DNA of 64,000 nt, from assembly GCA_004764695.1 (NCBI GenBank), contig SMSO01000031.1:5996761-6060760 (forward strand). Direction: 5' to 3'. Below are positions 36,455 to 49,031 of this stretch, in pieces. Every line of letters begins with the position of its first letter. Positions within the stretch are counted from its first letter, which is position 1. The notes below the pieces were generated by a model. It did no database searches. It was not told where the DNA came from and worked only from the letters and a program-made list of their open reading frames with translations. The position numbers and the translations under genes were made by a program. Origin of the DNA: Schizochytrium sp. TIO01. Lineage: Eukaryota; Protista; Bigyra: Labyrinthulomycetes.

Positions 36455-38340
36455 ATGGAGTTTTTAGGCCGCAACAATGACGCAGAAGAAACCACCTCCA
36501 TGGGTCGCGCCTTCGCAGTATTGGTGACTCTTCGCATCGTAAACTCACTGCTCGTACGCACATACTTTGACCCGGATGAGTACTGGCAGTCACTGGAGAT
36601 CGCGTATTGTATGGCATTTGACAATCCACAGAAATGTCATAAGTAAGTTTATGTATCTGGGGCTCATGAAGAGACACAACAGGCAAAGTAGGAGAAATCA
36701 ACCTCAAGTGCGTGGGTCCTTCAGTTTGACCTCAACTTTGGACATGGCAACCTTGGATTTTAATTGACATCCACACTCACTTATACACCATGCTTGGTTG
36801 TTTTTGCATGATTCGCTTTTTTGTTTTGTTTTCGTTAATCTTAATCTTTTCCTACCTGGTCCAATCTTGTTCTCGCCGCAATGGCCACAACAGAACATGG
36901 GAATGGCAAGAAGGAATTGAAATACGGGGCTATGCTCATCCTGCTCTCTTTGCAATGTTCTACTCAGTAACGAAACAATTGGGATGCGACTCCCGGTGGA
37001 TGATTGCGTATGGTCCAAGAATAATCTCCGCAGTATTTGCAGCTGTGGGCGATCTTGCCACATATAAACTGGGAGCAAGGCTTGGAGGCATCAACCTTGG
37101 CATCACAGCTTTAGCGTGTCAGATTTTCAACTGGTTTTACTTTTACACATGTGTAAGGACGTACTCCAACAGCATTGAATGCGTACTCACAACATGTGCA
37201 CTTGCGTATTGGCCTCTTGGCCCGACAGCATCATCTGGACGAGGACACAGTCAGACTAGAACTGCACTCATTTTTGCTGCGCTGGCGGTGATCATGCGTC
37301 CCTCCGCTGCTATATTCTGGATTTATTTAGGTCTTCGCCACCTTATTTGTGGCTTCGACTTAATAACTGAGCGTGCTCAATTTCTGTTCCTGCAAGTTCT
37401 CCCTATCGGAACAATTGCACTGTTGTCAATGATCCTTATTGATCGATGGGGCTACGGCACCTGGACGAATGTGCCTTATAACTTTTTCCGCATAAACGTT
37501 ATAGAAAATGTTAGCGCGGAATATGGAGTGCATGTTTGGCATTGGTATATTACCGAGTGCATTCCAGCAATTACGGGTACGTGGATTCCAGCAATAGCTA
37601 TGGGAGTTAAATCTTGTCTTCGAACGCATCGGCGAGCTCGAATGCTTCTTGAATTCGTCGTGTGGGGTTTCCTTGTCCTGAGTTTCAATGGACACAAAGA
37701 ACTACGGTTTGCATTGCCAATGGTGCCAGTGCTTTCAGTGATTGCAGGAATTGGCGTTACAGAAATGCCTTGCTGTAAAGCACGCGACTATTACCTACGA
37801 TTCGCGCAGCTCAGTAATATTATTGCAGCTCTATATTTGTCCACTATGCACCAAGCAGCACCCGTTCCTCTCATGGACAACCTAGCCATGCTGAGGGCTG
37901 ACTCTGATCAAGGATCAGGCCACTTTATAGATTTTTACACAAGATGCCACGCAACACCATATTGGTCACACGTTCATGGCGCAGATATCTCGCGCATGCG
38001 ATTTCTTGATTGCTCCCCTTCATTGCCGGCTCTAGCGAAAGTCCCGACCATGAGTATGCATTATCTTCAGGGTATTGAAGAGGAGGACGATTTTTTCCAG
38101 CAGCCTTTGGAGCGGTTGCGCACTAGATTAGTGTCTGACAGCTTACGCCAGCCTCCAACGAGGCTAATATTCACCACCGAAACGGTGTGCGAGTCCATGC
38201 TTTCATACATTGAAACCTCTTTTGGTTATTGGGAATGTGACAGATTTCCACATACACCAAGCATCGACTATGTCATGCTTTGCTCAAATGAAACAATGGT
38301 TTCCACGAAGGAGGTATACAAAACGTCACAAAACGCTTGA
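36455..38340 (+). CDS. PIGB: GPI mannosyltransferase 3 (PIG-B/GPI10, GT22); exons 36455-36642 and 36894-38340
   Basis: Exon 1 has RTYFDPDEYWQSLEIA. Exon 2 has TWEW..IRGYAHP, RTYSNSIE, MRPS, YGVHVWHWY, HKELRF, CHATPYWSH and FLDCSP. Splicing joins the exons in frame (KCHK-TWEW). Confidence 0.95.
36643..36893 (+). other. Spliceosomal intron (251 nt) in PIG-B
   Basis: GTAAGT donor, CAG acceptor and pyrimidine-rich 3' part; removal restores the frame. Confidence 0.9.
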
Positions 38341-39974
38341 CATACGTCATTCAAAACATCAATCTTGAACTGGAACGTATAGTGATGGTCCTAGTAGCTT
38401 AAGGGGTGACATGGTGAGGTATGACACTATAAGATATAAGGTGCTCTTGGGCAGATTTGAACCAACTTGGTTCATTTGTACAGTCTTTATTTCAAGCTAC
38501 ATGAGTTCGGAATGAGTCTTCGAGCGGCTTAATACTCCCGTAACACTTACACAGAGATAGTGCTTCATGATGGTCCGCCTGTCTCTCACAAACATCGATC
38601 TGTTACACACCCTGCTGGTTTCGGGTCCTTACGAGTCTCAAGGAAGGGGCTTGCACAAGTCTCAGTCACATTTTGTTGAAAAATTTCCACTTGATGGCTA
38701 TGTTCAAAATCACAACTACTCACACTCTTTCAGCGGTCTCTTTCGTTCTCTGGGCCGCCTTTGCCGTGCCCTCTCCTATGCGGTGTTCCTTTTCAAGAGA
38801 AATATTATGTTGTAAAATATCTCCTTATACCGAATGTCTAGGAGACGAGGAGGACGCCGGCATATCCTGATTCTACCCCTTTTTTCTTTTTTAATTCATC
38901 TGTTGCGCGCTTTCATAACACCCAAGACAAAACACGCTCACTCGTCAGGCTAGGACCTTTTCATCTTTCATCCGGAGTCGCAATTTTTCAATTGCATTAG
39001 AAGACGCACTCTATTCAGGTGAAACAGATGTTGCTCCTGAGGACTGCGCCTTTGTCAGTATTCATGAGTTTGCGTCATTCTTGGACGAAGGAACTGGCCA
39101 AATTGACACAGACGAGGATGTGTTGATTGTACAATTTTGCAAGTTATAAGAAGAGAGAAAAGAGAAATCACCCATGTGGCTCAATCTACTAGTGGCAATC
39201 TGAGCCAACATGCAATGGTGGCTTTGGTCAACAGGCTCGCGTATATGTCCGGTTCTAACAAAAGGTGCGTTCAGTAGTCTACTGAATACATGGCGTTAGG
39301 CTGGAATGGACGCAAAAAAAAGGTATACTTCTCGTAAATGAGTCAGAGCTTTCCTGCAGTATTCGTTTTGCGCCATGTAGTGAATTCCTGAACATCACTT
39401 TCTCATTTAATGCTGATCCTTCCTTCTCTTTTCGTCTTCTTAATAACAAGAGCAACCTTGACCTTTGGGACACATATAGGACGAGCAGGAGATTGTCCTC
39501 GCAGAGTTTGTTCACCATTGCGGTCAGTAAACATTATAAAATATGTTATAGAAATGAACATGGAAGGGTCATCTATTCTTAGGCCAAAGGGAGCAACGAG
39601 CGCAGAATTAGCACTATCGTTTGCCGCCCCTATCAATCCTTTCACTTGGGATTAAAAACCCAACCCGAATTATTTCGTTCATCAAGTATATAAATATGAA
39701 TGATATTGGCCTGTTATAATTGTCCTATGACAAGGATGTCGTAGTTTACTAGTTCTGTGATAGTAGAAAGGACCCATTGTGGGATACCATTCTAATAATT
39801 GAAAACGCGAAACGAGCATTGCGTGTGCTCAGGGAATGATGACAGGTTTTCCTCTAGCGCTGCCTTAGGGAAGTTATTTTGCATTCTGAGAACTCGTCCG
39901 GCTAGCACTGCCAAAGACGCTGAACTCTTTTCATGTGTTCACTCGTTTGCTTTTATGCTAAAACTTTTGAATTT

Positions 39975-41720
39975 TCAAGCAAAAGGATCAAACCAAGAAA
40001 TGGGTAGCCCCGTCGTGTTGCTGCAATTATCCTTATTGTGAGCTCCTGGGATCTCTCCTCGATTTTGAGAGCTTGTTTCCTGGTTGTATTCAGATGGAAG
40101 ATCGCAGTCTAATCTATTTGGCCCCTGTTGTGCGAATGCATGCGAATTGCTCATATTGCTCGCTTGTGGGTGGGATAATGAAGTACGAAAGGTATCTCGT
40201 GTATTAGGGGGTTGCGGTGCGAACGTTGATACTGCGAACGGATCAAAAGCATCGAAGTGTGTTGAGGTTTGGGCCATCGTTGGTAACTGTCCCTGAAATC
40301 TCAAGTTGTCGGATTGATGCACTCCTGGCATAACAGTACTATTTGGAGATGAAAAGTGTTGATGATGTTGCGAAGATACCGCGCTCGATGATGAAGCATG
40401 CAGAGGATCAAACTCAGTAGGTGTTGAGAAGGTACATACAGCTCGAGGAGGTTCCCCTGAAGTATAAATTATGTCCAAATTTTCATTTTGATAGTTCTGC
40501 GAACTTGTCACAAATGGTTGTGTAGAAGAGCCAGAACTGGTATCGCTGGTAAGTTCTTGACCTCTTCGACGGGCTAAGCGATCCTTTGCAGCATCACTGG
40601 CACTCTTACTCCTGGACGAAGCAAGGCTTGCTGTAGGGGATACATTAACTTTTGAAGCAAAATCATGCGTAATCTGTTCTGTAGACACGTTTGTAGACTC
40701 TCGTGTACGCAAATAGGTCCCTAAATGCTGCTGCCTCTCCATTTGTGCAAGCGTCGGCGGTTGAGCAGTGGTGCCCTTCGACTTCTGTCTCGACAGTGCT
40801 TTTGTTACAGTCTTAATGCTGTCCATGAACTGTGCAACGTTCCGTATAGGAGGTCTTGCCTCAGGGTCAAGTGTAAGAGCCCATCGGACAAGACGTATAT
40901 ATTCGTCACTCATATTGTGTGTTTCAGGAAAGTTAAGCTTACCAGATATAATTGCAAGGTCACTACCACCCTCAAAAGCATGGGTATGAAATCCTAAAGC
41001 AAATAAAGCACATCCAAATGCCCACACATCTACCTTTTCGTTGATTAATTGTCCTGTGTATAAGTCGCATAACTCCGGCGCACGATACAAAGGCGTAGTC
41101 CCTCGGAGCACGATTGCTTCCATTTGTTGACGCTCTTCCTTTGTTTCACATCGGGTGCTTTGCTTTGAACATGATCCAAAGTCGCACAGGTATGCATTTT
41201 GCGCATCGATGTCTAGAAGTATGTTTTCAAGTTTGATATCACGATGAGCAATAGGTGGCTTTTGGTCGTGCAGGAACTCCAGAGCTCGTGCAATCTGGCT
41301 CATGATATTTAGAATCTCAAACTCAAGTAGTGCTTCACCCTTTGCTTTTCGCGCCACGGCGTAATCCAACAACGTTCCGCCTGGATAGTGTTTCATAACA
41401 AGGTAGACCTCAGCTTGAAGCTCTTTTGTGTCATTGATTCTTTGTACCTCTTCAGAGGTGATATAACCAACCAAATGCTCATGTTGTAGGGATTTAAGGA
41501 GGGCAATCTCCCGACGAGCTTCTGTGAGTCGTTCGGCAGATACTGGTACAGTCTTTTTGATCACAACAGTATCAGCTACGGCGAACTCATCATGCAGCAC
41601 TCGTGCTAAAAATATGGTGCCCTGGCTTCCATCAGCGATCTTGTGTTGCAGTGTGTAGGTACTTTCATGCACTTGAACAGTCTTGGTACTGCTCGACTTG
41701 AATGGAGTGAACTTCCGCAT
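39975..41720 (-). CDS. NAK-family (AAK1/BMP2K/GAK-like) Ser/Thr kinase
   Basis: PPIAHRDIKLENIL, LCDFGS, TTPLYRAPELCDLY and INEKVDVWAFGC. The disordered tail carries DPF motifs (FDPFA twice, one at the C-terminus). Confidence 0.93.
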   Translation of the reverse strand: MRKFTPFKSSSTKTVQVHESTYTLQHKIADGSQGTIFLARVLHDEFAVADTVVIKKTVPVSAERLTEARREIALLKSLQHEHLVGYITSEEVQRINDTKELQAEVYLVMKHYPGGTLLDYAVARKAKGEALLEFEILNIMSQIARALEFLHDQKPPIAHRDIKLENILLDIDAQNAYLCDFGSCSKQSTRCETKEERQQMEAIVLRGTTPLYRAPELCDLYTGQLINEKVDVWAFGCALFALGFHTHAFEGGSDLAIISGKLNFPETHNMSDEYIRLVRWALTLDPEARPPIRNVAQFMDSIKTVTKALSRQKSKGTTAQPPTLAQMERQQHLGTYLRTRESTNVSTEQITHDFASKVNVSPTASLASSRSKSASDAAKDRLARRRGQELTSDTSSGSSTQPFVTSSQNYQNENLDIIYTSGEPPRAVCTFSTPTEFDPLHASSSSAVSSQHHQHFSSPNSTVMPGVHQSDNLRFQGQLPTMAQTSTHFDAFDPFAVSTFAPQPPNTRDTFRTSLSHPQASNMSNSHAFAQQGPNRLDCDLPSEYNQETSSQNRGEIPGAHNKDNCSNTTGLPISWFDPFA

Positions 41721-44241
41721 AATCCAGTTGTGGGTTGTCTTTATTGCAATTCTAGGTTCTAGTTTTGAGACAAGTCCGGCTGTTACCAATATGACGATTG
41801 ATCACGAGGAAATGCTTTGCAAGAACCGGGGAGGGGTCTCGCTTGTCTTTCTCGTGGGGCCTGTCTCGTCGATCTAATTGTCAGTTAGAATGCTTGTGGA
41901 GCACTGAAGCTGGATCACCTGCGCGATCTTCGCTGTCTGCTGCCTGAGAAAAATCGAAGAACTGAAGGCCTAGATCTTGGCGGCATAGATTTGGTAACCT
42001 ACCTTTTAAACGCACTTTTGAAGAATAGATATTGTACAAAAGTTTTCAATGAAAAAAGAAAAAGAAAAAGAAAATTAAAAAGAAAAAGAAAAAGAAGGCC
42101 TAGTACTACCTCAGGCTACCTATCTAAAGCTGTATTTTTTAATTTTCAATTTTAATTTGCCTAGCACAACATCTTGGTGTTGCAGGGAGCAACAGGTAAT
42201 GGATGCTTTTAGCCACTAACCAACCTGAGGCTAGAGAGGACTTGTACAGCAGGAACAGTCTCTCACTGGCTGGATTGTCCAGACCGATAGCCTCATCCAA
42301 AGAAGAAAACCAAAGGCTGCCACCATGATAATTTATCAATCGAATCAAACAAATCAAATGTGCCCACTCCTAGTTGCTCAACACTTCCACCAATCCATTT
42401 TTATCCCAGAATCGTTTCTATAATATACAGTATCTTGTGTGCAACGAGTTACGAATAGATTAATTGCAGCCTGTAGCGTATGCATAATCTGTATCTTTGG
42501 TTTGAAGATGTTTCAGGAAAACCAGATGACTCATAGCTAACTCAATCTTCAGTCATCATCAAAATAATGTAATACTTGGATGTGGCTTAAAAAGCACATG
42601 TTTGGTCCAGCTCCTTCGAACGAAGAAGAGTCTTGGAAGAGATGTGATAATTTAGGATTTAATAATTTGCTAATATCTCTTGTGGACAGCGTTGCCACAA
42701 ATAAATGTAGTGGCTTCAAGAGATTATTATTTTCCTAGATAAATGCTCTTCAATTCATTTTGGTGATAAAGCGTAAATCGTCCTACCAAACTGCAAGAAC
42801 CTGTAGTCTTGCTTGGAGACTTTATAGAGCCCAACATACACGAGTGCATCCTTTTCCAATGACGATTCCTTCAAGAGTTCATAAAATGTTGACCCTAATC
42901 AGCGATCAAGTGTTAATTCGACGAACAATCTTTTCAACGCAAACTTCGCGAAGAAGTGCAAAATAATCATTTCATGACCAGCCCCTTTGCAGGTTTCCAT
43001 CAACCGGCAAGCTTTTGTCTTTTTTCAAACTCGCCAAGATCTGGCATGCAGCCTTAACTGACTTGTGACACCAATTGGTTCTCGTGAGCAAACCGTTCTT
43101 GTCCACACCTACGACCACTTATATTCTGCAATTTTATTTACAACTAGCAAAATCTTCCTGCCAGTGATCTTCTTCCTCAACAACGTCCGGCTTACTAAGC
43201 CTCTGCGCTAGAGGAAGGGACCTTTGGCCACCCGTGCATTGCGTGTGCGCTACTCTCGTGGTATCGTCATCATCGTCATGATTCCCTTTGCCCACGTTTT
43301 CCAACGTAGTCCCTTCACCCGAGAAAGAACTCGTAACTTGCCTCGTGTCCCTGCATGCCAAGGTCCACCACTGCCAAGCAGCCACAACAAGCACACGTAG
43401 GTACACTCACAGGCTCGATCCTGCAGCCCCTCTTCGCAGCCGCCTTCGTTCCCTATCTGCGACCCGGGCGTTTCCTCGAAGCCATCGCCATCGCTGCGCA
43501 GAACCCGTCAGACTCGAAGGCGGCCCAATCGATCGATCGCTGACACATAAACAACGATTTAGGCATATTCGAGCGGAGTTTTGTTTCCTCTTCACGCAAA
43601 ATGGGAAAGGCCACTCTTAGGGTAAACGATGGCTAGACCCTACCTGTTTTCTCTTTAGCTCGAGCAAAAATACAATTTCTTATTCCCCTTTGGGAACTAG
43701 GTGGTAACTCCTACGGTAATAGCTATAAGGAAGACTACTGCTTCCAAAGTCTTTATTTACTAAACTCAAACAAACATTTTTCAAAATGGTATTTTCTTCT
43801 CTATCGTTATTAACTAAAACATTGAGAAATAGATAAAGTATATGTATGTATGATTTTTATCATTCAACTTGAAATAGATAAATGCGAATGAGTGAATGAA
43901 TGAATGAATGAATGAATGAAACTTTGAAACTTATTTTTTCTTCTAATTTTTTTAAAGAGAGAAGAGAATAGAAAATTCGCTCTCTCTCTAGTTGGAGAGG
44001 TGCTAGTGAGGCAGATAGGGGTAATGCTAGAGGCCATCGGCAGCAGCACAGCAGCAGTAAACCCAGAACGACCGCGTGAGGCTCGCGATCGATTCACTTC
44101 CGCACGGAGGCCCGATCGGAGGACTTGGCAGAGCAAGGCGCGGTGGAAGGTCCTTGGAATTCGTTTCGTAAACCAGAAGCAACGGGTTTACGTGCTTAGA
44201 CCAGGCAGGAGCCAGGAGGAAAAGCGTCAGACATCGTCATC

Positions 44242-44959
44242 ATGGTGGTCCCCAAACGCGCCCCGCTTGAGATTTTCAAGTTTAGCGTGTACATTATTCG
44301 TAAGTGAGAGAAGGGGAGATGTCAGCTCGGAAATGTAAATCACCTGTCGAAGTGAAGTTTACATATGTACTGTCGCCTGTTCATATGGCATTGCTTCAGC
44401 TATTTTGTGTTTTTAGAATCTTGGTGAAACGTGGTCCTTTTTTCCTTGATACCCATGTTTCATCTTGACGAATGATATGGAAGTCAACTAAGAGAATTCG
44501 AATCCCATATGAACCACTTGTGGGCCACGTGCAAAAATATGCTTTGATTTGTTGGGCGATCAGTGACTGACGTGTTTTCGAAGGGACATCTCTTATTTTA
44601 ATGTCCGTGTGTTAAAATGAAAAACAGTTCCCATTGCCACAATCGCTTACATCAGCGAGCCCAAGGCAATGAGGGATCTCATCGAGTCTCGCAGATACAT
44701 CATTTACCCGCCTGAAGGTGATCGCCCTCCCCAGGGTTCAATTAAGGACATCAAGGCAGCTTTGAATACCATGAAAAACGAGAAGGCTGCTGAGGATGGC
44801 GTTGAAATCTCTGCTGCTGAGGCTGTGCCTGGCGTCCACGACATGGTGAAGCCTGTTGTGAGTGAGATGCCATCCCCTGGTGAGCAGCCTATTGTAGCTG
44901 CTGTACCCGTCGGCCAGACCTCCAGTGGCTGGTTTGGTTGGTTGTGGGGCAGTAAGTAA
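44242..44959 (+). CDS. PET100: PET100-family cytochrome c oxidase assembly factor; exons 44242-44299 and 44628-44959
   Basis: The spliced N-terminus MVVPKRAPLEIFKFSVYIILPIATIAYISEP...YIIYPPEGDRPP fits the PET100 LExFKFxxYxxxP motif. Exon 1 is missing from the ORF track. Confidence 0.8.
44300..44627 (+). other. Spliceosomal intron (328 nt) in PET100
   Basis: GTAAGT donor, branch-like TGACTGAC at ~44564-44571 and CAG acceptor; the exons join in frame. Confidence 0.85.
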
Positions 44960-45246
44960 GACTTCTTGAATGAACACAACCACTCTTCTATGCGCTTTTT
45001 ACCTCTTGCAAATGCGTTTATTTGCAAAGTTAGTCTCATATAGAAAACCTTTAATGAATGCATTTTAGTACCTTGTGATGTATTTTGTGCCCTGGCTTAT
45101 TTGTGCTTGGACTGGTCTTTCGATTGCTTTTCCATCCTCTTTCCCCTTCTTATTTTTTTTTTTGCGGGGGGAAACCTAAGCCACCTTTTAATAAAAGTGC
45201 CCTTCTTTCAATAACTCCATTTTTAAGAGGTGGTATTGCTTCGAAA

Positions 45247-45717
45247 ATGGCTGCGCTCGGGCGTCGAATCTATATCACTCAAGGGTTGGGTTCTTCCTTT
45301 GCTTATCTTCGCAACCTCTCGATCGATCTCACGAGTGCTCTCAATATCACTTACAATAAAATTATCCATTTTAAAAGATTACGCAACAGCACACAGTCTC
45401 AAAAGGATATAGCGTTCCCGGTTTTAGAGAAGGAGTTGTCGAATGCCAATGACTCCTTCGTTTTGTTCTCTCGCCGTGGCCTGAGAATACCCAATAGCTT
45501 GGCCTCGCCTCTCCACTACTTCTTTGAGAGCACATCTCAGTTCAACAGATATGTCCTTGTAGAAAATCAATCACGAGCCTTTTCCTCAATGAGCCCTTTC
45601 CTTGACAAGAAGTATCCACCAGAAGTGCAATTGCATCAGCCACTACCTCAGCACCAAAGCAGAACATTGCTCTATGGATGCATTCCATCGCTAATTATAG
45701 GAGCGAATGAAACTTGA
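45247..45717 (+). CDS. Hypothetical protein (~156 aa)
   Basis: ATG-started ORF with AAAATGG context and ordinary composition; no recognisable motif. Confidence 0.3.
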   Translation: MAALGRRIYITQGLGSSFAYLRNLSIDLTSALNITYNKIIHFKRLRNSTQSQKDIAFPVLEKELSNANDSFVLFSRRGLRIPNSLASPLHYFFESTSQFNRYVLVENQSRAFSSMSPFLDKKYPPEVQLHQPLPQHQSRTLLYGCIPSLIIGANET

Positions 45718-46107
45718 GCATGGATGAGCGATATAAAAAGTGCCAACAGCAAGCCTTCGCAACGACTAACACTAACACAGTTCACGGTATCCGGACAACG
45801 GTATTGAACACGGATAAGCAATCATTGAGAGCCCAACGACAAAGCTCCTTTTAACAATTGGAGGCTTTAGGTACCTGAGGACTAACTACCACAACTCTCA
45901 GCCTATTAACAGTCCAGCTACCAGTAATGGTAGGGCGTTTTGAACCAAGACAACTAACGATGCTGGACGAGCCACTATGAGAGCCATCATGATTTCTATC
46001 TCGTGGCCAAGTGCTCCGACTTTCAATTCAATCTACGAACGGGCCACCACCCTCATTCCCTGGGGCGTGTTGATCAAGGATTCGTTACGCTCCCTCCATA
46101 GTCCTTC

Positions 46108-47508
46108 ATGGAGTGCGATCCTTCTCCTCCTCAGGATGCTGCTGCGTCCTCTGCCTCCTCGTTGAAGAGCTCAGCCCCGGATGCTGTGGTCTCAGATGAG
46201 GATGCCCTGGCTAGCGTGGACCTTCTGACGCAACGATTTGCTCTCTTCGCGACCTCTGCCCGTCTTCTTGCTGTGCGTCGCCGCGGGGGTCCTGTTCCTT
46301 ACCTCGAGCTGCGACAGGCTGTGGAACACGAGTCTCGCAGGCCCTTTCCTGTCCGTCTTCTTGGAGTCTTCCTTACGGTCTACCCCGCACTAGTATCGAG
46401 CGTGCGCTGCGGCGCTTCATCGGATGCCATATCGCTTGAGGTTAACCTCCGCGAGACTTCTGCAGACCTCGAGGCAGCCTTTCGCGAGCGACTGCAGAAA
46501 TTCTTGGCCTCCCAGCCTTCGGGGATCTCCGAAAAGGAGGCGCTTGCAGGTATCCCGCCAACGGCGCCACCACTGCCTTCAATGGCTCTGCTCTTCGACG
46601 CGGAGAGCGGAAGACTGCGGGAGGTCAAGAGATTGTCATCAGAAGATTTTGGGGCGTCTTCGGCAACGAGCTCCATCGTGGCACAATTGAAGGAGAAGGA
46701 GAAGGCGGCTTGGAAGAAGGGCATTTTTAATAACGACACAAACGACGCAACCAACAAAAAAAACAAAGCATCCGGTGAAACTAATGTCTCGGGCACGAAG
46801 GATGTTACCGAGAACAGGGACTTGGAGGTGCAGAGCTGTGACAACAACATGGAGGAGGACGATGGCGATGCTGATGTAGACATGGAGCCCACGGCGAATG
46901 CAGTCAAAGTGGAGCTGACCTTAAAGAAGAGAGACCTGAAGAAGGACCTGAAGAGAACGAGGCCACCTTCAATCCGGGAGCCAGGAGCAAAGGGAATTTT
47001 ACTGAAGGAAAATGTGTCGCAACCAATTGTGTCACTCCGTGATGGACCAGCGAGTGTGAAAAAATTGCGAGGCTTAAAGGGCTTGCCCAAAGCACTTATT
47101 GCGCAGGTGAGGGAAAGAGCACGAATTGAGAATGAAATGTCGGTAACAGAGGTTCGTAAACGTCAGAGTCGTCAAGCGAGAGCATCGTTGCCTTCATTTT
47201 TTGATCTTGTGTATCTACACTTTCGTACGGCGCGTCGTCAGTCGTGGGAAGTAAACGACTTGGTCACAAGCATTTTGAACAAACGCGGAGCCAACACTTA
47301 TGGGCCTGCAATCATCAATACTTCGTCAAAGAGGGACATTATCCAGGAACAACTCGCCCTTTTGCTTGAGTATTTGCCGGAGTGGTGCCATCTTTCCGAC
47401 AGTGAGGCTTTCCCTGGCCGGAAGATCTTCAATGTCTGTAAAGGATCTCCTGAGCAACTTGCCTCTTGGCGCCGTCAAACACGCGACTCAAACGCAATTG
47501 CACGCTAA
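46108..47508 (+). CDS. CDT1: DNA replication licensing factor CDT1-like
   Basis: Middle winged-helix segment (YLELRQAVEHESRRPF...LGVFLTVYP) and C-terminal domain (LKGLPKALIAQVRER...SLPSFFDLV...QLALLLEYLPEWC). Confidence 0.8.
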   Translation: MECDPSPPQDAAASSASSLKSSAPDAVVSDEDALASVDLLTQRFALFATSARLLAVRRRGGPVPYLELRQAVEHESRRPFPVRLLGVFLTVYPALVSSVRCGASSDAISLEVNLRETSADLEAAFRERLQKFLASQPSGISEKEALAGIPPTAPPLPSMALLFDAESGRLREVKRLSSEDFGASSATSSIVAQLKEKEKAAWKKGIFNNDTNDATNKKNKASGETNVSGTKDVTENRDLEVQSCDNNMEEDDGDADVDMEPTANAVKVELTLKKRDLKKDLKRTRPPSIREPGAKGILLKENVSQPIVSLRDGPASVKKLRGLKGLPKALIAQVRERARIENEMSVTEVRKRQSRQARASLPSFFDLVYLHFRTARRQSWEVNDLVTSILNKRGANTYGPAIINTSSKRDIIQEQLALLLEYLPEWCHLSDSEAFPGRKIFNVCKGSPEQLASWRRQTRDSNAIAR

Positions 47509-48110
47509 GTCATTGAATCTAAACACAAAAAGCAAGCAAACGCTGGCTTATACACGGCATTCTTTTCTTCGTCTATGACCCTCACCGGAGCTCTGGACAA
47601 AGTAGCCCACCCAAACGAGCGTACGGTTGCTGCAAGGTATCAAGCATTAATTCATTGCTGCTGCAGCTGCAGCTGCAGCTGCCGCCGCCGCTCCTGCTGC
47701 TGCAACAGGAAGATCCGACACAACTCTGTCATGGAGTTTTAACATTCTTGTTTCTCATAGTACAAAGCCGGCAAACACACGCACTTATCATATTAAAACT
47801 CAATATCGAATAAATCTATTGTTTAAAAGTCAGGTAGTTGGCTTGTTCATTCGTTGTGCATCTGAGAGCATACCAATCGTATGACTGAAAGCTTGTATGA
47901 GATCGCCTGCCAAGGCGACACTCTACTTGGTGCGTCTTCATTGACACTTGAACAAAAGGTCATAGGCATCAGTAAAGTGAGGGAAACCTCGGAGTTTCGG
48001 CAGAGCATCAAAATCAAAGGCATATCATACTGGACGGAAACTTGATCAAACAAGCTGAAAACAAGGTTGGTTAAACAAGTGGCAAAAATAATATATGCAA
48101 ACGTTCAAAC

Positions 48111-49031
48111 TTAGAAACCGATGGGGGCGCGTGCCTGCACGGCACCAAAGCCGCTCATAATAGCCTGTGCCACGGCAGGATCACCCATGTTCTGGTTCAT
48201 GCAGACCTGGAGCAGCACGTAGCCCTCGTCAGTGGGGGGAAGAGACTCCACATTCATGGTCTGAAGCACGTTAATGTAGCACGGAATCATGGCCTCCTGG
48301 AGCTTATCAATAGCCTCCTCCTGCTTTCCAGCAGCAGCCAGCGGCTGGATCTCGTTCTTGAAGGTGTCCTCCACCATCTTCAAGAATGTAGGATCCTGGA
48401 GGTTTGAGGAAACCCTGGAAGCGGCAAAGCGGACCTGGTCCTGAGTAAGCTCCGGGATTACCTTGATGCCAAACGCACGCTGCACCATGATGCTCCAGGT
48501 CTCACTGCTGAGCTTGCGAAGCTCCTGCACCTCGTCCATCTCGGGACTCTTTCCCTGGAGCATTTGCATCTGCAGTCTCGCAAATTGCTCGAGGCCCTCC
48601 TGTGAGCCCTGGAAGCCAAAGGGGCCGAGCACGTACAGCTGCGTGCCAATGTACAGACCAAGCATCTTGCGCATACGAGTCACCACGGAGCTCTTAGACT
48701 TCTCCTTGTACAGCTGGTCCAGCTGCTTGCCCGGGAGCGCCTGCTCAAGGTACATCAGCACTGTCTCGCCTACAGCAATGGCCTGGTTGAGCGTGACTTC
48801 CTTGGGGGGTTCTTCAAAGCCAGGGATCTGGGCACCGTTCTGGGGCGGGGGGGGCACGCCGGTGTTCATGGCACGGGCAAAGATCTGGCTAGAGCGTGCC
48901 GGTGCAGACGCTGCGGAGGAGGCGAGCGGGCCCATGGCACGGAATGACGAGCATGCTGCAGCACGCTGACTCAGGGACACGCGGGACGCACGCGACCCGT
49001 GGAGAGCGAGGCGGGCAAGAGAGGACGCCAT
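48111..49031 (-). CDS. Protein with mitochondrial-type presequence and two tandem C10 (C12orf57-like) domains
   Basis: R/S/A-rich N-terminus from ATG 49031. Repeat 1: VTLNQA...TQLYVLGPFGFQGSQEGLEQF. Repeat 2: LTQDQV...INVLQTM...DEGYVLLQ...DPAVA. Confidence 0.65.
   Translation of the reverse strand: MASSLARLALHGSRASRVSLSQRAAACSSFRAMGPLASSAASAPARSSQIFARAMNTGVPPPPQNGAQIPGFEEPPKEVTLNQAIAVGETVLMYLEQALPGKQLDQLYKEKSKSSVVTRMRKMLGLYIGTQLYVLGPFGFQGSQEGLEQFARLQMQMLQGKSPEMDEVQELRKLSSETWSIMVQRAFGIKVIPELTQDQVRFAASRVSSNLQDPTFLKMVEDTFKNEIQPLAAAGKQEEAIDKLQEAMIPCYINVLQTMNVESLPPTDEGYVLLQVCMNQNMGDPAVAQAIMSGFGAVQARAPIGF

Noticed and set aside
38560-39150. Possible gene fragments downstream of PIG-B
   Set aside because: The short frames are interrupted by stops and have no consistent splice sites or motifs.
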